NCBI GenBank assembly: GCA_963732385.1
Contig: CAVSZB010000005.1
Span: 32,001 to 96,000, forward strand
From: an uncultured bacterium
Lineage (GTDB): Bacteria > Krumholzibacteriota > Krumholzibacteriia > LZORAL124-64-63
DNA: 64,000 nucleotides
Reading direction: 5' to 3'
Shown: piece after piece, positions 45,842 to 55,724 of the stretch
How positions within the stretch are numbered: position 1 is the stretch's first letter
Layout: every line of letters starts with the position of its first letter
The notes under the pieces: generated by a model
The model's input: the letters and a program-made list of their open reading frames with translations, nothing else
Told to the model about the DNA's origin: nothing
The model's database searches: none
Position numbers and translations under genes: made by a program

Positions 45842-48160
45842 CTAGGCCTTCTCCCAGGTGTCCTGGTCCAGGTCGGGGAAGGTGATCTGGCAGTTGCCCG
45901 GCTCGATCCCCTCCACCCGCGCGAGCCCCTTCTCGTCGAGCGTGCCCTCGGCCGTGGAGCCGTCGGGCAGCTCGATCCGGTAGCGCTCGCCCGGCACCGG
46001 CTGGTTGTCGTCATCCACCAGTTCGATCTCGATCCAGCTCGTCTTGCGCGCCTTCTCCTCGGACGTCTTGGGCGGCTTGTGCGGCGTGACCTGCGTCATG
46101 GCGCCGGCCACCGCGTCGCCCGCGACGACCGCCGCGATCGGCACCGCCGGCGGCACCAGGCCGAGCGCGCTGATGGCGTCGGCCGCGGAGCCGGGACCCG
46201 AGTTGATCTTGGTCATCCCGCCGTCGATGGTGACGACCGAGCCCTTCAGCGTCACGCCGGCCGGATCGATGACCACGCTGTTGCCGCCGCACTTCAGGGT
46301 GATCTTCGTCATCCCCTCCACGACGATGCCCATCGCCTTCAGGTGCAGGTTCTGCCCCACCTCGGCGAAATAGTTCGCGTTGTAGGCCTCGCTCACGTCG
46401 CCCTTGACCTTCAGCGAGCGGCTGCCGCCGATCTCGATCGCCTCCTTGCCGACGACCTTGCGGTGGCGGTCCTTGCCGATCTCCTCGACGTGGTCGGCGC
46501 CCACCTTCTCCTGGCGGTTGTTGTCGACCTGCTCGATCTGGTCCTTCTTGACGTACAGGTGACGGTCGTTGCCGATCCACTCGCGGGCGTCGTTGCCGAC
46601 GCGCAGATCCTCGTCCCGCTCGGCGCGCACGAACAGCTGCTCGGCGCCCTTCTTGTCCTCGAAGCGGATCTCGTTGAAACCGCCCCCGCCCTTGCTGGAC
46701 AGGCTCTTGAGGGCCGACATCGTGGCGTTGGCCGGCAGGTCGTACGGCGGCATGGCGGCGCTGTTGTAGACCCCGCCGGTGATGAGCGGGCGGTCCGGAT
46801 CCCCTTCCAGGAATTCGACCACCACCTCGTGTCCGATGCGCGGGATGAACAGCCCGCCCCACTGCTTGCCGGCCCACGGCTGGGCGACGCGGATCCAGCA
46901 CGAGCTGGTCTCGTCGGCCTGGCCCTGCCGGTCCCAGTGGAACTGCACCATCACGCGGCCGTGCTTGTCGACGTGGATCTCCTCCCCCTTGGGGCCGACC
47001 ACGAAGGCGGTCTGCGGCCCGGGCACGCGCGGCTTGGGCGTCAGGCGCGCCGGCCGGTACGGCACCGCGTGGGGCATGCAGACGAAGCGGTTCTCGTACT
47101 TGCTGGTCCAGCGATCGATGGCGCCGCCGCTCTCGAACACCGCCTCCTGGGTCAGCTCGTGCCGCACCTCCGTCAGCAGGTAGCTCTGCGCGAAGTCGGC
47201 GCGGGGATGCTCCGCCAGGTCGAAGCGGTGGCCCGGCAGGAAGGCGCGGCAGTCGCTCTCGCCCCGCACCTGGACGGCCAGCTGGTCGCCCTCCTGGCGG
47301 CGCAGCTTGAGCCGGGCCTCGCCGAGGTTGAGCTTGCCGGCCTGCTCGGACCCCAGCGTGGCGTAGGCGCCGGGGTAGTCGAAGATCTCCAGCCGCCGGT
47401 CGCCCCCCTCGGGCACGGTGCTGTTGGCCGAAACCAGCAGGCTCGTGCCGGGATCCAGGAAGTTGAAATCGCACAGGCTGTAGGCGCCGGGCTGCAGCGT
47501 GTGCTCGGCCGTCCAGGCCCGCACCGAGTCGGTGTTCTCGTGCCGGTCGGCCCCCGGGTCGAAGCTGGCGATCGGCTGGTCGGGACAGGGGGGATTGCGG
47601 CCCGGCGCGTCGGCCAGCACCAGCTTGTGCATCGACGGGCCGTGCTCGAAGAAGTAGAAGATCCCCTCCTCCTCGAGCAGCCGCGACACGAAGCTGAAGT
47701 CCGACTCGCGGTACTGGACGCAGTAGACCCACGGCTCGTAGGTCCCGTCGAGCCGCAGCTCGAAATCGTTGAGCTTGAGCCCGGTGAACACCTTCTTGAC
47801 GATGTCGGGCACGGTCTCATTCTGGAAGATGCGGCAGTCCGTGCGCCGCGTGAGCAGCCACGGCCACGGCACGAGCTCCGCGTGATAGACCGTCAGACGG
47901 CGGTCCGAACCGGCCTGCGCGAAGCGCGAGATCAGGCCATGGATGCGGCGCTTGCCGCCGTCGGCGAGCGCGATCTCGATCAGCGCCGGCTGGCCGATGA
48001 GGGCCTTGAAATCGATGGCGTCGTCCTCGGCCAGCAGCTCGAGCTGGAACTGGAACGGACGCGAAACGCCTTCCCAGCCCGTCAGCCGCCGCACCAGCAG
48101 CTTGTCCTCGCCCAGCGGCGTGCTGATGTTACAGATCCGGCCTTCCTGCTGGAAAAACAT
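45842..48160 (-). CDS. vgrG: T6SS spike protein VgrG with gp5-like repeats and a C-terminal transthyretin-like extension
   Basis: EGVSRPF, CVQYRESDFSFVSRLLEEEGIFYFF, GPQTAFVVG, QFHWDR, SCWIRVAQ, IPRIGHEVVVEFLEGDPDRP, NEIRFED. Confidence 0.97.
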   Translation of the reverse strand: MFFQQEGRICNISTPLGEDKLLVRRLTGWEGVSRPFQFQLELLAEDDAIDFKALIGQPALIEIALADGGKRRIHGLISRFAQAGSDRRLTVYHAELVPWPWLLTRRTDCRIFQNETVPDIVKKVFTGLKLNDFELRLDGTYEPWVYCVQYRESDFSFVSRLLEEEGIFYFFEHGPSMHKLVLADAPGRNPPCPDQPIASFDPGADRHENTDSVRAWTAEHTLQPGAYSLCDFNFLDPGTSLLVSANSTVPEGGDRRLEIFDYPGAYATLGSEQAGKLNLGEARLKLRRQEGDQLAVQVRGESDCRAFLPGHRFDLAEHPRADFAQSYLLTEVRHELTQEAVFESGGAIDRWTSKYENRFVCMPHAVPYRPARLTPKPRVPGPQTAFVVGPKGEEIHVDKHGRVMVQFHWDRQGQADETSSCWIRVAQPWAGKQWGGLFIPRIGHEVVVEFLEGDPDRPLITGGVYNSAAMPPYDLPANATMSALKSLSSKGGGGFNEIRFEDKKGAEQLFVRAERDEDLRVGNDAREWIGNDRHLYVKKDQIEQVDNNRQEKVGADHVEEIGKDRHRKVVGKEAIEIGGSRSLKVKGDVSEAYNANYFAEVGQNLHLKAMGIVVEGMTKITLKCGGNSVVIDPAGVTLKGSVVTIDGGMTKINSGPGSAADAISALGLVPPAVPIAAVVAGDAVAGAMTQVTPHKPPKTSEEKARKTSWIEIELVDDDNQPVPGERYRIELPDGSTAEGTLDEKGLARVEGIEPGNCQITFPDLDQDTWEKA

Positions 48161-48182
48161 GGTGGCTCCTGTCGCTGGATCG

Positions 48183-50846
48183 TCAGGTCATCCGGTACTG
48201 GAACGTCCCCTGGTCCACGAGCACCTCGACGCGCGAGAACGGCTCGCTCGCCGCCATCCGCGTCAGAAACTCCACCGAGATCTGCGGCAACAGCGTCTGG
48301 GTGAGGATGTGATCGATGGCCCGGGCCCCGCTTTCCGCCTCGGTGCAGCGCGCGGCGATCGCCTCGAGCAGGTCGTCGCCATAGACGAAGTCGACCCGGT
48401 GGTTCTGCCGCACGCGGCGGGCGATCCGCCCGAGCTGCAGGCTGATGATGCGCCGCAGCGGCTCGCCCTGGATCGGATAGTACGGCACGACGACCATGCG
48501 TCCGAGCAGCGCGGCCGGGAACTGCCGCAGCAGCTCGGGGCGGATCGCGTCGGCCAGCCCTGCCGGCTCCGGGCAGGTCTCCGGGTCGGCGCACAGCTTC
48601 ATGATCGTATCCGAACCGACGTTGGAGGTGAGCAGGATCACGGTGTTCTTGAAGTCGATCTCCCGCCCCTGGCCGTCTTCGAGCATCCCCTTGTCGAACA
48701 CCTGGTAGAACAGCTCCATCACGTCGGGGTGGGCCTTCTCCACCTCGTCGAGCAGGACCACGGCGTACGGACGCCGACGCACCGCCTCGGTGAGCACGCC
48801 CCCCTCGCCGTAGCCGACGTAGCCGGGCGGCGCCCCCTTCAGGCTCGAAACCGTGTGCGCCTCCTGGTACTCCGACATGTTGATCGTGATCAGATTGCGC
48901 TCGCCGCCGTAGAGCGCCTCGGCCAGCGCCAGGGCGGTTTCGGTCTTGCCCACGCCGCTCGGACCGACGAGCAGGAAGACCCCCACCGGCCGCGACGGGT
49001 TGTCGAGGCCGGCGCGCGCGGTGCGGATCCGGCGCGCCACCGCCTCGAGGCCGTGGTCCTGGCCGATCACCCGCTCGCGCAGCCGGTCGCCGAGATTGAG
49101 CACGGTCTGGATCTCGTCGGCCACCATGCGGCCGGTCGGGATGCCGGTCCAGCCGGAGATCACCTCGGCGATGGTCTGGTCGCTGACCTCGCAGCCGACG
49201 AGCGGCTGCTCCCCCTGGAGCCTGGCGAGCTGGCCGCGCAGCTTGTCCAGCTCGGCGCGCAGCTTCTTCTGCTCGGCGGCCTTGAGCGGCTCGCTCCCCT
49301 CCTCCCCCTCCAGCCGGGTGCGGACGGCCACGAGCTTGTCCACCAGCTCCAGCTCCTGCTTCCAGCGCGTCTCCATCTCGGCCAGGCGCGTGGCGCTGTC
49401 GGCGCGGGCGGCGGCGATCTCGGCCAGCCGCTCCGCATGGTCGACGCCCAGGGCGCTCTCGCGCTGGAGGATGCGCGTCTCGGTGTCGAGCGCGTCGAGC
49501 CGCCGGTGGAGATCCTCCACCGGCGCCGGCGTGGCGCTGCGGCCGATGGCCACCCGCGCGCAGGCCGTGTCGAGCACGCTGACCGACTTGTCGGGCAGCT
49601 GGCGGGCCGGGATGTAGCGGTGCGACAGCTTCACGGAGGCGGACACCGCGCCGTCCAAAATGCGCACCCCGTGGTGCTTCTCGAGCTTCGGCGAGAGACC
49701 GCGCATCATCTCCACGGCGGAGCTTTCGGTCGGCTCGTCCACCTTGACCACCTGGAACCGCCGCGACAGCGCGGGGTCCTTCTCGAAATAGCGTTTGTAC
49801 TCCGCCCAGGTGGTGGCGGCGATCGTGCGCAGCTCGCCGCGCGCGAGGGCCGGCTTGAGCAGGTTCGCGGCGTCATTCTGCCCCTCCTGGCCGCCGGCGC
49901 CGATCATGGTGTGCGCCTCGTCGATGAACAGGATGATCGGCCGCGGCGACGTTTTGACCTCGGAGATGACCTGCTTGAGCCGGTTCTCGAACTCGCCCTT
50001 GACCCCGGCCCCGGCCTGCAGCAGCCCGAGATCGAGCGTGCGCAGCGCCACGCCCTGCAGGATCGGCGGCACGTCGCCCGCCGCGATGCGCAGCGCGAAC
50101 CCCTCCACGACGGCCGTTTTGCCCACGCCGGCCTCGCCGGTCAAAATCGGGTTGTTCTGGCGGCGACGCGTGAGGATGTCGATGATCTGGCGGATCTCCG
50201 CGTCGCGCCCCAGGACCGGGTCGACGCGTCCGGCCTGCGCTTCGGCCGTGAGGTCGATCGTGAACTGGTCCAGGGCCGGCGTGCCGGCCCCGGCCACCGC
50301 GCCGGCGGCCCCGCCGGCCGCACCGGCGCCGCCGACCGGCGCGCCCGCGCCGAGCGCGAACACCTCGCGATCCTCGGGCGAGCCCGCCACGATCGCGGCG
50401 AACTCGTGCTCGAGCGTCTCGAGCTTGATGCGACGCAGGTCGGGCGAGGCGTCGAGCAGGCGGCGCTGCAGCTGCCGATCGCCGAGCGCCCCCAGCAGCA
50501 GGGCTCCCGAGCGCACCCGGGCGGTGCCGAGATTGATCGACGAAAGCACCCACCCCTCCCGCATCACGTCCTCCAGGCTCGGCGAGAGCTGGGGCCGGCC
50601 GCCATTGCCGGTCTTGTACTGGTCGAGCGACCGCTCGAGGTCGCGCAGGAAGCGGTCAGGCTCGATCTCGAACCGGCGCAGGATGCGGTCGAAATCGCCG
50701 CCGGTCCCCTCGCCCAGCTTCATGAACCAGTGCTCGAGCTCCACCTCGTAGTGGGTGCGTGAAAGACAGAGCCCCGCCGCGCCCTCCAGCCCGCGCCGGG
50801 CATTGTCCGTCAGCTTCCCGACCAGCGACTTCAGGTTCAGACTCAC
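48183..50846 (-). CDS. tssH: T6SS AAA+ ATPase ClpV
   Basis: LEGAAGLCLSRTHYEV; DPVLGRDAEIRQIIDILTRRRQNNPILTGEAGVGKT; GPSGVGKTETA; GYVGYGEGGVLTEAVRR. Confidence 0.98.
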   Translation of the reverse strand: MSLNLKSLVGKLTDNARRGLEGAAGLCLSRTHYEVELEHWFMKLGEGTGGDFDRILRRFEIEPDRFLRDLERSLDQYKTGNGGRPQLSPSLEDVMREGWVLSSINLGTARVRSGALLLGALGDRQLQRRLLDASPDLRRIKLETLEHEFAAIVAGSPEDREVFALGAGAPVGGAGAAGGAAGAVAGAGTPALDQFTIDLTAEAQAGRVDPVLGRDAEIRQIIDILTRRRQNNPILTGEAGVGKTAVVEGFALRIAAGDVPPILQGVALRTLDLGLLQAGAGVKGEFENRLKQVISEVKTSPRPIILFIDEAHTMIGAGGQEGQNDAANLLKPALARGELRTIAATTWAEYKRYFEKDPALSRRFQVVKVDEPTESSAVEMMRGLSPKLEKHHGVRILDGAVSASVKLSHRYIPARQLPDKSVSVLDTACARVAIGRSATPAPVEDLHRRLDALDTETRILQRESALGVDHAERLAEIAAARADSATRLAEMETRWKQELELVDKLVAVRTRLEGEEGSEPLKAAEQKKLRAELDKLRGQLARLQGEQPLVGCEVSDQTIAEVISGWTGIPTGRMVADEIQTVLNLGDRLRERVIGQDHGLEAVARRIRTARAGLDNPSRPVGVFLLVGPSGVGKTETALALAEALYGGERNLITINMSEYQEAHTVSSLKGAPPGYVGYGEGGVLTEAVRRRPYAVVLLDEVEKAHPDVMELFYQVFDKGMLEDGQGREIDFKNTVILLTSNVGSDTIMKLCADPETCPEPAGLADAIRPELLRQFPAALLGRMVVVPYYPIQGEPLRRIISLQLGRIARRVRQNHRVDFVYGDDLLEAIAARCTEAESGARAIDHILTQTLLPQISVEFLTRMAASEPFSRVEVLVDQGTFQYRMT

Positions 50847-50878
50847 GAATCCCCTCCTCGCATCCGGGATCGTTGCGC

Positions 50879-51934
50879 TCAGGCCACGGCGCTTGCCGGC
50901 GCCTGCGCGTCGATGAGGATTTCCGCCGACGCCTCCCGCGTCCGCGCCGACTGGAGCCAGGTGGACCAGCCGAGCCAGGGCGCGCCGTGCGCGTCGGCCA
51001 CGCCCAGGCGCAGGCCGGGCACCGCCTCGGGCCGCAGCACGAGCTGCAGGTCGAAATCGTGCTCCGCGCCGGCGCCCAGCCGCACCATCTCGACCAGCGG
51101 CCGGAAGGCCTGGCCGGTGGGCAGCAGCTCCTGGAACGCCGGCCAGTCGAGCGGGCCGAGGCGCAGCCGGAAGCGCGCCTGCGCCACCTGCACGCGGCCG
51201 CCGAGCGTCAGATCGCAGCCCAGCTGGTTCGCGTACCGGCCGAGCCGGCTGCGCTCCTCCTCACCGATGACATACCACTCGGGAACGAACTGCTCCACGG
51301 CGACCGGCACGCCGAAATAGCTCTCCAGCAGGTCCGCCAGCCCGACGGCGGTGACGCGACCGCGCCGGAACGCCGACGCCCGCGCCAGCAGGGCGCGCGC
51401 GTCGAACGGCAGCTCGTGCCCCGTGTCGGGCGCACCCAGACCGAGCAGCGAGAGCAGAGCGCGCTCGAACACGCCCGGCTTGTCGCTGTCATCCCGTTCG
51501 TAGGTGATCGGAAAGCGGTACTTGGCCCAGGCGCGGTAGAAGAGCGAGACCAGCCGATGGTTGAACAGGTCGAAGAAGTCGCGCAGCGCCGTGTCGCGCT
51601 CACGCAGCCGGGTCAGCAGCAGCTCCACGTACGGCGTCGGCAGGCTGCCGAAGCTGGCGGGGGTGGCGAGGCCCATGAAGGCGACCGTGAGCTGCGCCGG
51701 CCCCTCGCCGGTCGGAGCGGTCACGGACCTGACGTCGCTTGGCGGGAAGGCCAGCGAGACATCGGAGAGGAAGCGAACCGTCTCGCGACGCGGATCGTCC
51801 CCTTCGCCGACAGGCACGGCTGCCGACGCCCCGAGCTGCAGCAGGCGCACCGCCTGGAAGAACTCGAAGCGGTATCCGTGCGCGAACAGCAGTTCGCTCA
51901 GGTCAGCGTGACTTGTCCGGCGCGAGGCGGCCAC
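50879..51934 (-). CDS. tssG: T6SS baseplate subunit TssG
   Basis: FEFFQAVRLL, SLAFPPSD, FMGL, FFDLFNHRLVSLFYRAWAKYR, LGWSTWL. Confidence 0.96.
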   Translation of the reverse strand: MAASRRTSHADLSELLFAHGYRFEFFQAVRLLQLGASAAVPVGEGDDPRRETVRFLSDVSLAFPPSDVRSVTAPTGEGPAQLTVAFMGLATPASFGSLPTPYVELLLTRLRERDTALRDFFDLFNHRLVSLFYRAWAKYRFPITYERDDSDKPGVFERALLSLLGLGAPDTGHELPFDARALLARASAFRRGRVTAVGLADLLESYFGVPVAVEQFVPEWYVIGEEERSRLGRYANQLGCDLTLGGRVQVAQARFRLRLGPLDWPAFQELLPTGQAFRPLVEMVRLGAGAEHDFDLQLVLRPEAVPGLRLGVADAHGAPWLGWSTWLQSARTREASAEILIDAQAPASAVA

Positions 51935-53796
51935 CGCTTCATCACCCCTTCCGCCTGGCGGCCGACGGCCACCGTCTGGGTGAACGAGTTCACCGTCGTG
52001 TAGAGCCCGAAGAAGCGCTCCAGGACCGACGCGAAGAGGAACGCGCTGCTGCCGGCGTACTTCGCCTCGTCGAACTCCAGCGTGACCTCCAGGCCCCGCA
52101 CGAACAGGCGTCCGCTGCCCGTCGCCACGCGCCTCAGCGCGCGCTGCGCGCGCACGCCGACCAGGCCGGAAATACGTTTGCGGGTCGCCTCGGAGTTGAC
52201 GTAGTCGAGCAGCGAAAGCAGCTCCCGCAGCGCGACCGGATCGCTGGCGGGCGTGGCGGATGACGCGCCGCCCTCCTCCTCGGTCGTGGCCTCGGGCGCC
52301 AGACCGGACAGCGAGAGATGGTTGAGCTGGAGCATCGACACCAGACGCCAGTGTCCCTCGCGCCGCAGCGGCAGGCGCAAGGTGGGCGTCGGCTTGCGCA
52401 GGGCGCGGACCCGCGTCACGCCGGGCTGCCCTTCGATCTGGAAATCGCCGCGCTCGTCACCCAGGAGCAGGCCGGCCGGCACGTCGCGGTTGCTGCAGAC
52501 GGCGCGGACCATCAGGGTCTCGCTCGGCATCTCCTGCAGCGGACGCCCGTTGCGGTCCGCCAGCATCAGGAACAGGTCCGTGCCCGGGTCGCCCTCCCGC
52601 GGCGACGGGCGTCGCGTGGCGCTCCAGAAGGCCGGCTCGTGCCCGCGCGGGTCGCCGTGACGCAACGAGTAGAAGGGGCGGTAGCTCGTGACCGCGCCCG
52701 TACCCGGCTCCACCGACTCCACATCCTGCACCGCGATGACCTCGTAGGCGTGAGCGGCGTGCAGGTCGGGAACGACCGCGTACTCCGACACGGCGTGGGT
52801 CAGCCGGATCGGCTCGGCCTGGTAGGGGAACAGGTTGACGGCGGGCGCGCAGCCGAGCCGCAGGCTCTCGGGACCGAGCGCGCTGGCCAAAGCGAGCGGC
52901 GGCTGTTCGAGCAGGACCAGCAGCTCGAGATCCGGTCCGCAACCGGCGAGCACGTCGGGAGTCAGACCGGCGATGTCGACGAACAGGAACTTGTCGGGGA
53001 AACAGAAATAGTCCTGCAGCAGGCCGTAGCCGACCTGCGACGCGGGCGTGCTTTCGAGCAGCATCTCGTCCGGGCCGAAGCCGACGGCCTGCAGCCGGTC
53101 GGGCGGCAGGAAACGGCCCGGCGTACGGCGCCCGGCCGGAGCGTTCGTGGCCTGGCCGTTCTGCACCAGCACGCCCAGAGGATTCCGCATCAACTGGCCG
53201 TAGAGCTGGTGGGCGATGTCGGGCGATCCGTCCACGAAGAAGCGCAGGGAGCCCAGCGGCAGTTGCGCGAAATTCTGCGCGCCGATCGTGCGCAGCCTGA
53301 TGCGGATCGCGCCCGCCGCCCCGGCGGGAGCGCCGGGGTGACCGCGATCCAGGGGCGCGACGTCCACGCCGGTCACCTGGATCGGCCAGAGCGTGACCGG
53401 GTAGCAGGTGCGGAACCGGCAGCGCACCCCGCCGACGGGGCGGGTGTGCAGCAGGGAGTGGCGCGGCAACCGGATGCCGGTCGTCGCCTCGGCGCGGCTG
53501 GCGTCGGGCGTGAACTGCGCGATGGTGAGCGAGGGCACCGGCGCGAGCAGCTGCGGGTAGAGCGCGCCCAGAAATGCATTGGTGATCTCGGGGAACTCGT
53601 CGTCGAGGCGCAGCTGCACGCGCGCCGTCAGGACCGCGAACGCCTCGATCATCCGCTCCACGTGCGGATCCTCGCACCGGTCGGGCTCCAGGAGGAGCTG
53701 GCTGGCGATGCCGGGATGCTTGGCGGCGAACTCCGCCGCCAGGCGCCGGATGAAACGCAGTTCGCGCTCGTAGTACTGCTGCAATTCGTCGGACAT
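51898..53796 (-). CDS. tssF: T6SS baseplate subunit TssF
   Basis: YYERELRFIR...FA..HP.IA..L; DPHVERMIEAFA; LQDYFCFPDKFLF; WRLVSMLQLNHLSL; NSFTQ; WPPRAG. Confidence 0.97.
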   Translation of the reverse strand: MSDELQQYYERELRFIRRLAAEFAAKHPGIASQLLLEPDRCEDPHVERMIEAFAVLTARVQLRLDDEFPEITNAFLGALYPQLLAPVPSLTIAQFTPDASRAEATTGIRLPRHSLLHTRPVGGVRCRFRTCYPVTLWPIQVTGVDVAPLDRGHPGAPAGAAGAIRIRLRTIGAQNFAQLPLGSLRFFVDGSPDIAHQLYGQLMRNPLGVLVQNGQATNAPAGRRTPGRFLPPDRLQAVGFGPDEMLLESTPASQVGYGLLQDYFCFPDKFLFVDIAGLTPDVLAGCGPDLELLVLLEQPPLALASALGPESLRLGCAPAVNLFPYQAEPIRLTHAVSEYAVVPDLHAAHAYEVIAVQDVESVEPGTGAVTSYRPFYSLRHGDPRGHEPAFWSATRRPSPREGDPGTDLFLMLADRNGRPLQEMPSETLMVRAVCSNRDVPAGLLLGDERGDFQIEGQPGVTRVRALRKPTPTLRLPLRREGHWRLVSMLQLNHLSLSGLAPEATTEEEGGASSATPASDPVALRELLSLLDYVNSEATRKRISGLVGVRAQRALRRVATGSGRLFVRGLEVTLEFDEAKYAGSSAFLFASVLERFFGLYTTVNSFTQTVAVGRQAEGVMKRWPPRAGQVTLT

Positions 53797-54278
53797 CAAT
53801 CCCCCGTCGTGACCTGGACCGCGCCGCTGGCCGTTTCGACGCTCGTATCGAAGGAGATCGGTTCGCGCACCGGATCGACGTTGAGCAGCGCGTGGATGCT
53901 GAACTTCAGGCGCGCGTGCCCCTCTTCGCGCCCCGACACGGACTCCACCTTGATCGAGCGCGGCAGCAGCCGGGGCTCGAACGTGCGCAGCGCCTCTTCG
54001 ATGTGCACGCAGATGCGCTGACGGTCCGCATGGCTGCTGGAAAAGAGGGTCAGGTCGGGTATCCCGTAGGCGAGGATCGAACTGCGGGCCTCGGGCAGGT
54101 CCGACAGATCCAGCAGCGGCTGGCGCGAATTGAGCAGCCACTCGATGTCACGGCGCACCGACTGCTTCAGTTCCTCCACGCCGATGCGCAGATCGCCCTG
54201 ACGGCGCCCGCCGCCGGTCGACACCAGCCGATCGAGCACGGAGTGACGCAGAACATCCCTGGGCCGCGAGTCCGCCAT
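53796..54278 (-). CDS. tssE: T6SS baseplate subunit TssE (gp25-like)
   Basis: SVLDRL, VRRDIEWLLNSR, SILAYGIPD, FEPRL. Confidence 0.95.
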   Translation of the reverse strand: MADSRPRDVLRHSVLDRLVSTGGGRRQGDLRIGVEELKQSVRRDIEWLLNSRQPLLDLSDLPEARSSILAYGIPDLTLFSSSHADRQRICVHIEEALRTFEPRLLPRSIKVESVSGREEGHARLKFSIHALLNVDPVREPISFDTSVETASGAVQVTTGD

Positions 54279-54306
54279 CGCCGTCCCCTTGCGCCGACAC
54301 CCGGCG

Positions 54307-55122
54307 CTAGGCGGCCGGGCCGAATTCCAGCGAGCGCACCGCGAGCAGGCCCGCATCGCGCTCTTCTCCGTCAAGACCCACGCAGGCCAGCAACCGCTGG
54401 CCGAGGCCGCGGAAGAACGGCCCTTCGTCCTGCCAGTCGGTCTGCCGACCCAGGCAAAGCTGCTCGTCGGGCGCCGCGGCCGACCCGGCGTAGAGCACGG
54501 GCAGATGCACCGCGGCCGTCTCCCCGTCGATCCCCTCCAGGCGGGCCGGCAGCCAGAGCAGGTCCAGCAGATGCCCCGGTTCGTCGATCGTCAGCCGGCC
54601 GATCCGCTCGAATGGCAGCCAGAGGTAGCGACCGCCCGCGAAAACCTCGAGCACGGAGCCGAGCAGATCGTCCAGATCCCGCAGCCCCGCGAACTCGCGG
54701 CCGTCGAGCCGCCCGACCAGCGCGGGCTGCGCGGCGACCGCCGCCTCGAGGCGGCGACCGGCCTCGGCCGCATTGCCGCCACGCCAGGCAGCCAGCGCCG
54801 CCTGGCGCTCCCGTGCATGCGCCGGCGCGTCGGGAGGAAGCAGGGGCGCCTCCTCCCCGCCGAAGACCGCCACCCGGTGGCGTTCCGCCGCCAGCAGTCC
54901 GCCGTAGACCCCTGCCGACGTGGTCAGCTGGGGGTCCTGGTGGACCAGAACGTCAAGCTGGCGAGCGGCGCGGTCCCACTCGCCAGCAAAACAGAGCAGG
55001 CCGAACAGCAGGTAACGCTCCCCCGCGTCGAGCGGCCGTGTCTTGACCGCCGCCTGCTGCGCCGCGACGGCCTCGGCGAGACGGCCGGCCTGCAGCAATG
55101 TCCGGGCGTCGGATCCCGCCAT
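54307..55122 (-). CDS. tagJ: T6SS accessory protein TagJ (ImpE/SciE)
   Basis: AVK.RP.D...R..LFGLLCFAGEWDRAARQL; DLDDLLGSVLE, YLWLPF, LDLLWLPA, LGRQTDW, GLGQR. Confidence 0.92.
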   Translation of the reverse strand: MAGSDARTLLQAGRLAEAVAAQQAAVKTRPLDAGERYLLFGLLCFAGEWDRAARQLDVLVHQDPQLTTSAGVYGGLLAAERHRVAVFGGEEAPLLPPDAPAHARERQAALAAWRGGNAAEAGRRLEAAVAAQPALVGRLDGREFAGLRDLDDLLGSVLEVFAGGRYLWLPFERIGRLTIDEPGHLLDLLWLPARLEGIDGETAAVHLPVLYAGSAAAPDEQLCLGRQTDWQDEGPFFRGLGQRLLACVGLDGEERDAGLLAVRSLEFGPAA

Positions 55123-55145
55123 CACCCACCGCCCCCTTGCCGGCC

Positions 55146-55634
55146 TTACTTGGTGGCGTTGGTCTGCAGGTTCCAGGAGCCGGCGGTGTTGCCGCCGCCG
55201 CCGCCGCCTTCGCGCTTCTGGATCGTGTACTTCCACTCGATCTTGCCGTAATTGAAGCCGACGTTCTCGATCGGCAGGCCCTGGCTCGACCCGCCCACGG
55301 AGACGTTCGAGATGATGGCGTTGGTCAGCTTGTACTCCATGTACTGGACCTGCCCGCCCTCGGTGGAACGGCAGAGCGTGAGCGTGATCTGCTTCAGGTG
55401 CGCCCCCTCACTGCACTTCTGGGCCAGGATGGGCGACGCCTTGTCGAGCTCCTTGGTGATCGTGAAATCGCCGTGCTCGCAACGACCGACCGAGGCGCCG
55501 CCCGCGGTGCTGGCCGAGGCGGCAGCCGGCTGGCTGACGCCGTGCGAGAACGACAGGATCTCGATCCAGTCCTTGAAATTGGCGGCGGTGCTCTCCCCCG
55601 GAATGCCCTCGATCTTCAGATACGCATCGGTCAT
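55146..55634 (-). CDS. hcp: T6SS tube protein Hcp
   Basis: DAYLKIEGIPGES...DWIEILSFSHG; TKELDKASP; YGKIEWKY; WNL. Confidence 0.97.
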   Translation of the reverse strand: MTDAYLKIEGIPGESTAANFKDWIEILSFSHGVSQPAAASASTAGGASVGRCEHGDFTITKELDKASPILAQKCSEGAHLKQITLTLCRSTEGGQVQYMEYKLTNAIISNVSVGGSSQGLPIENVGFNYGKIEWKYTIQKREGGGGGGNTAGSWNLQTNATK

Positions 55635-55724
55635 GACGTTACATCCTTTCGGCACGGCGGGCGCCCTCAGGACGCACCGCCCTCCTCCATCACGCCGTGG
55701 ACGACGGGCCCTGCCCGCCGCCCC

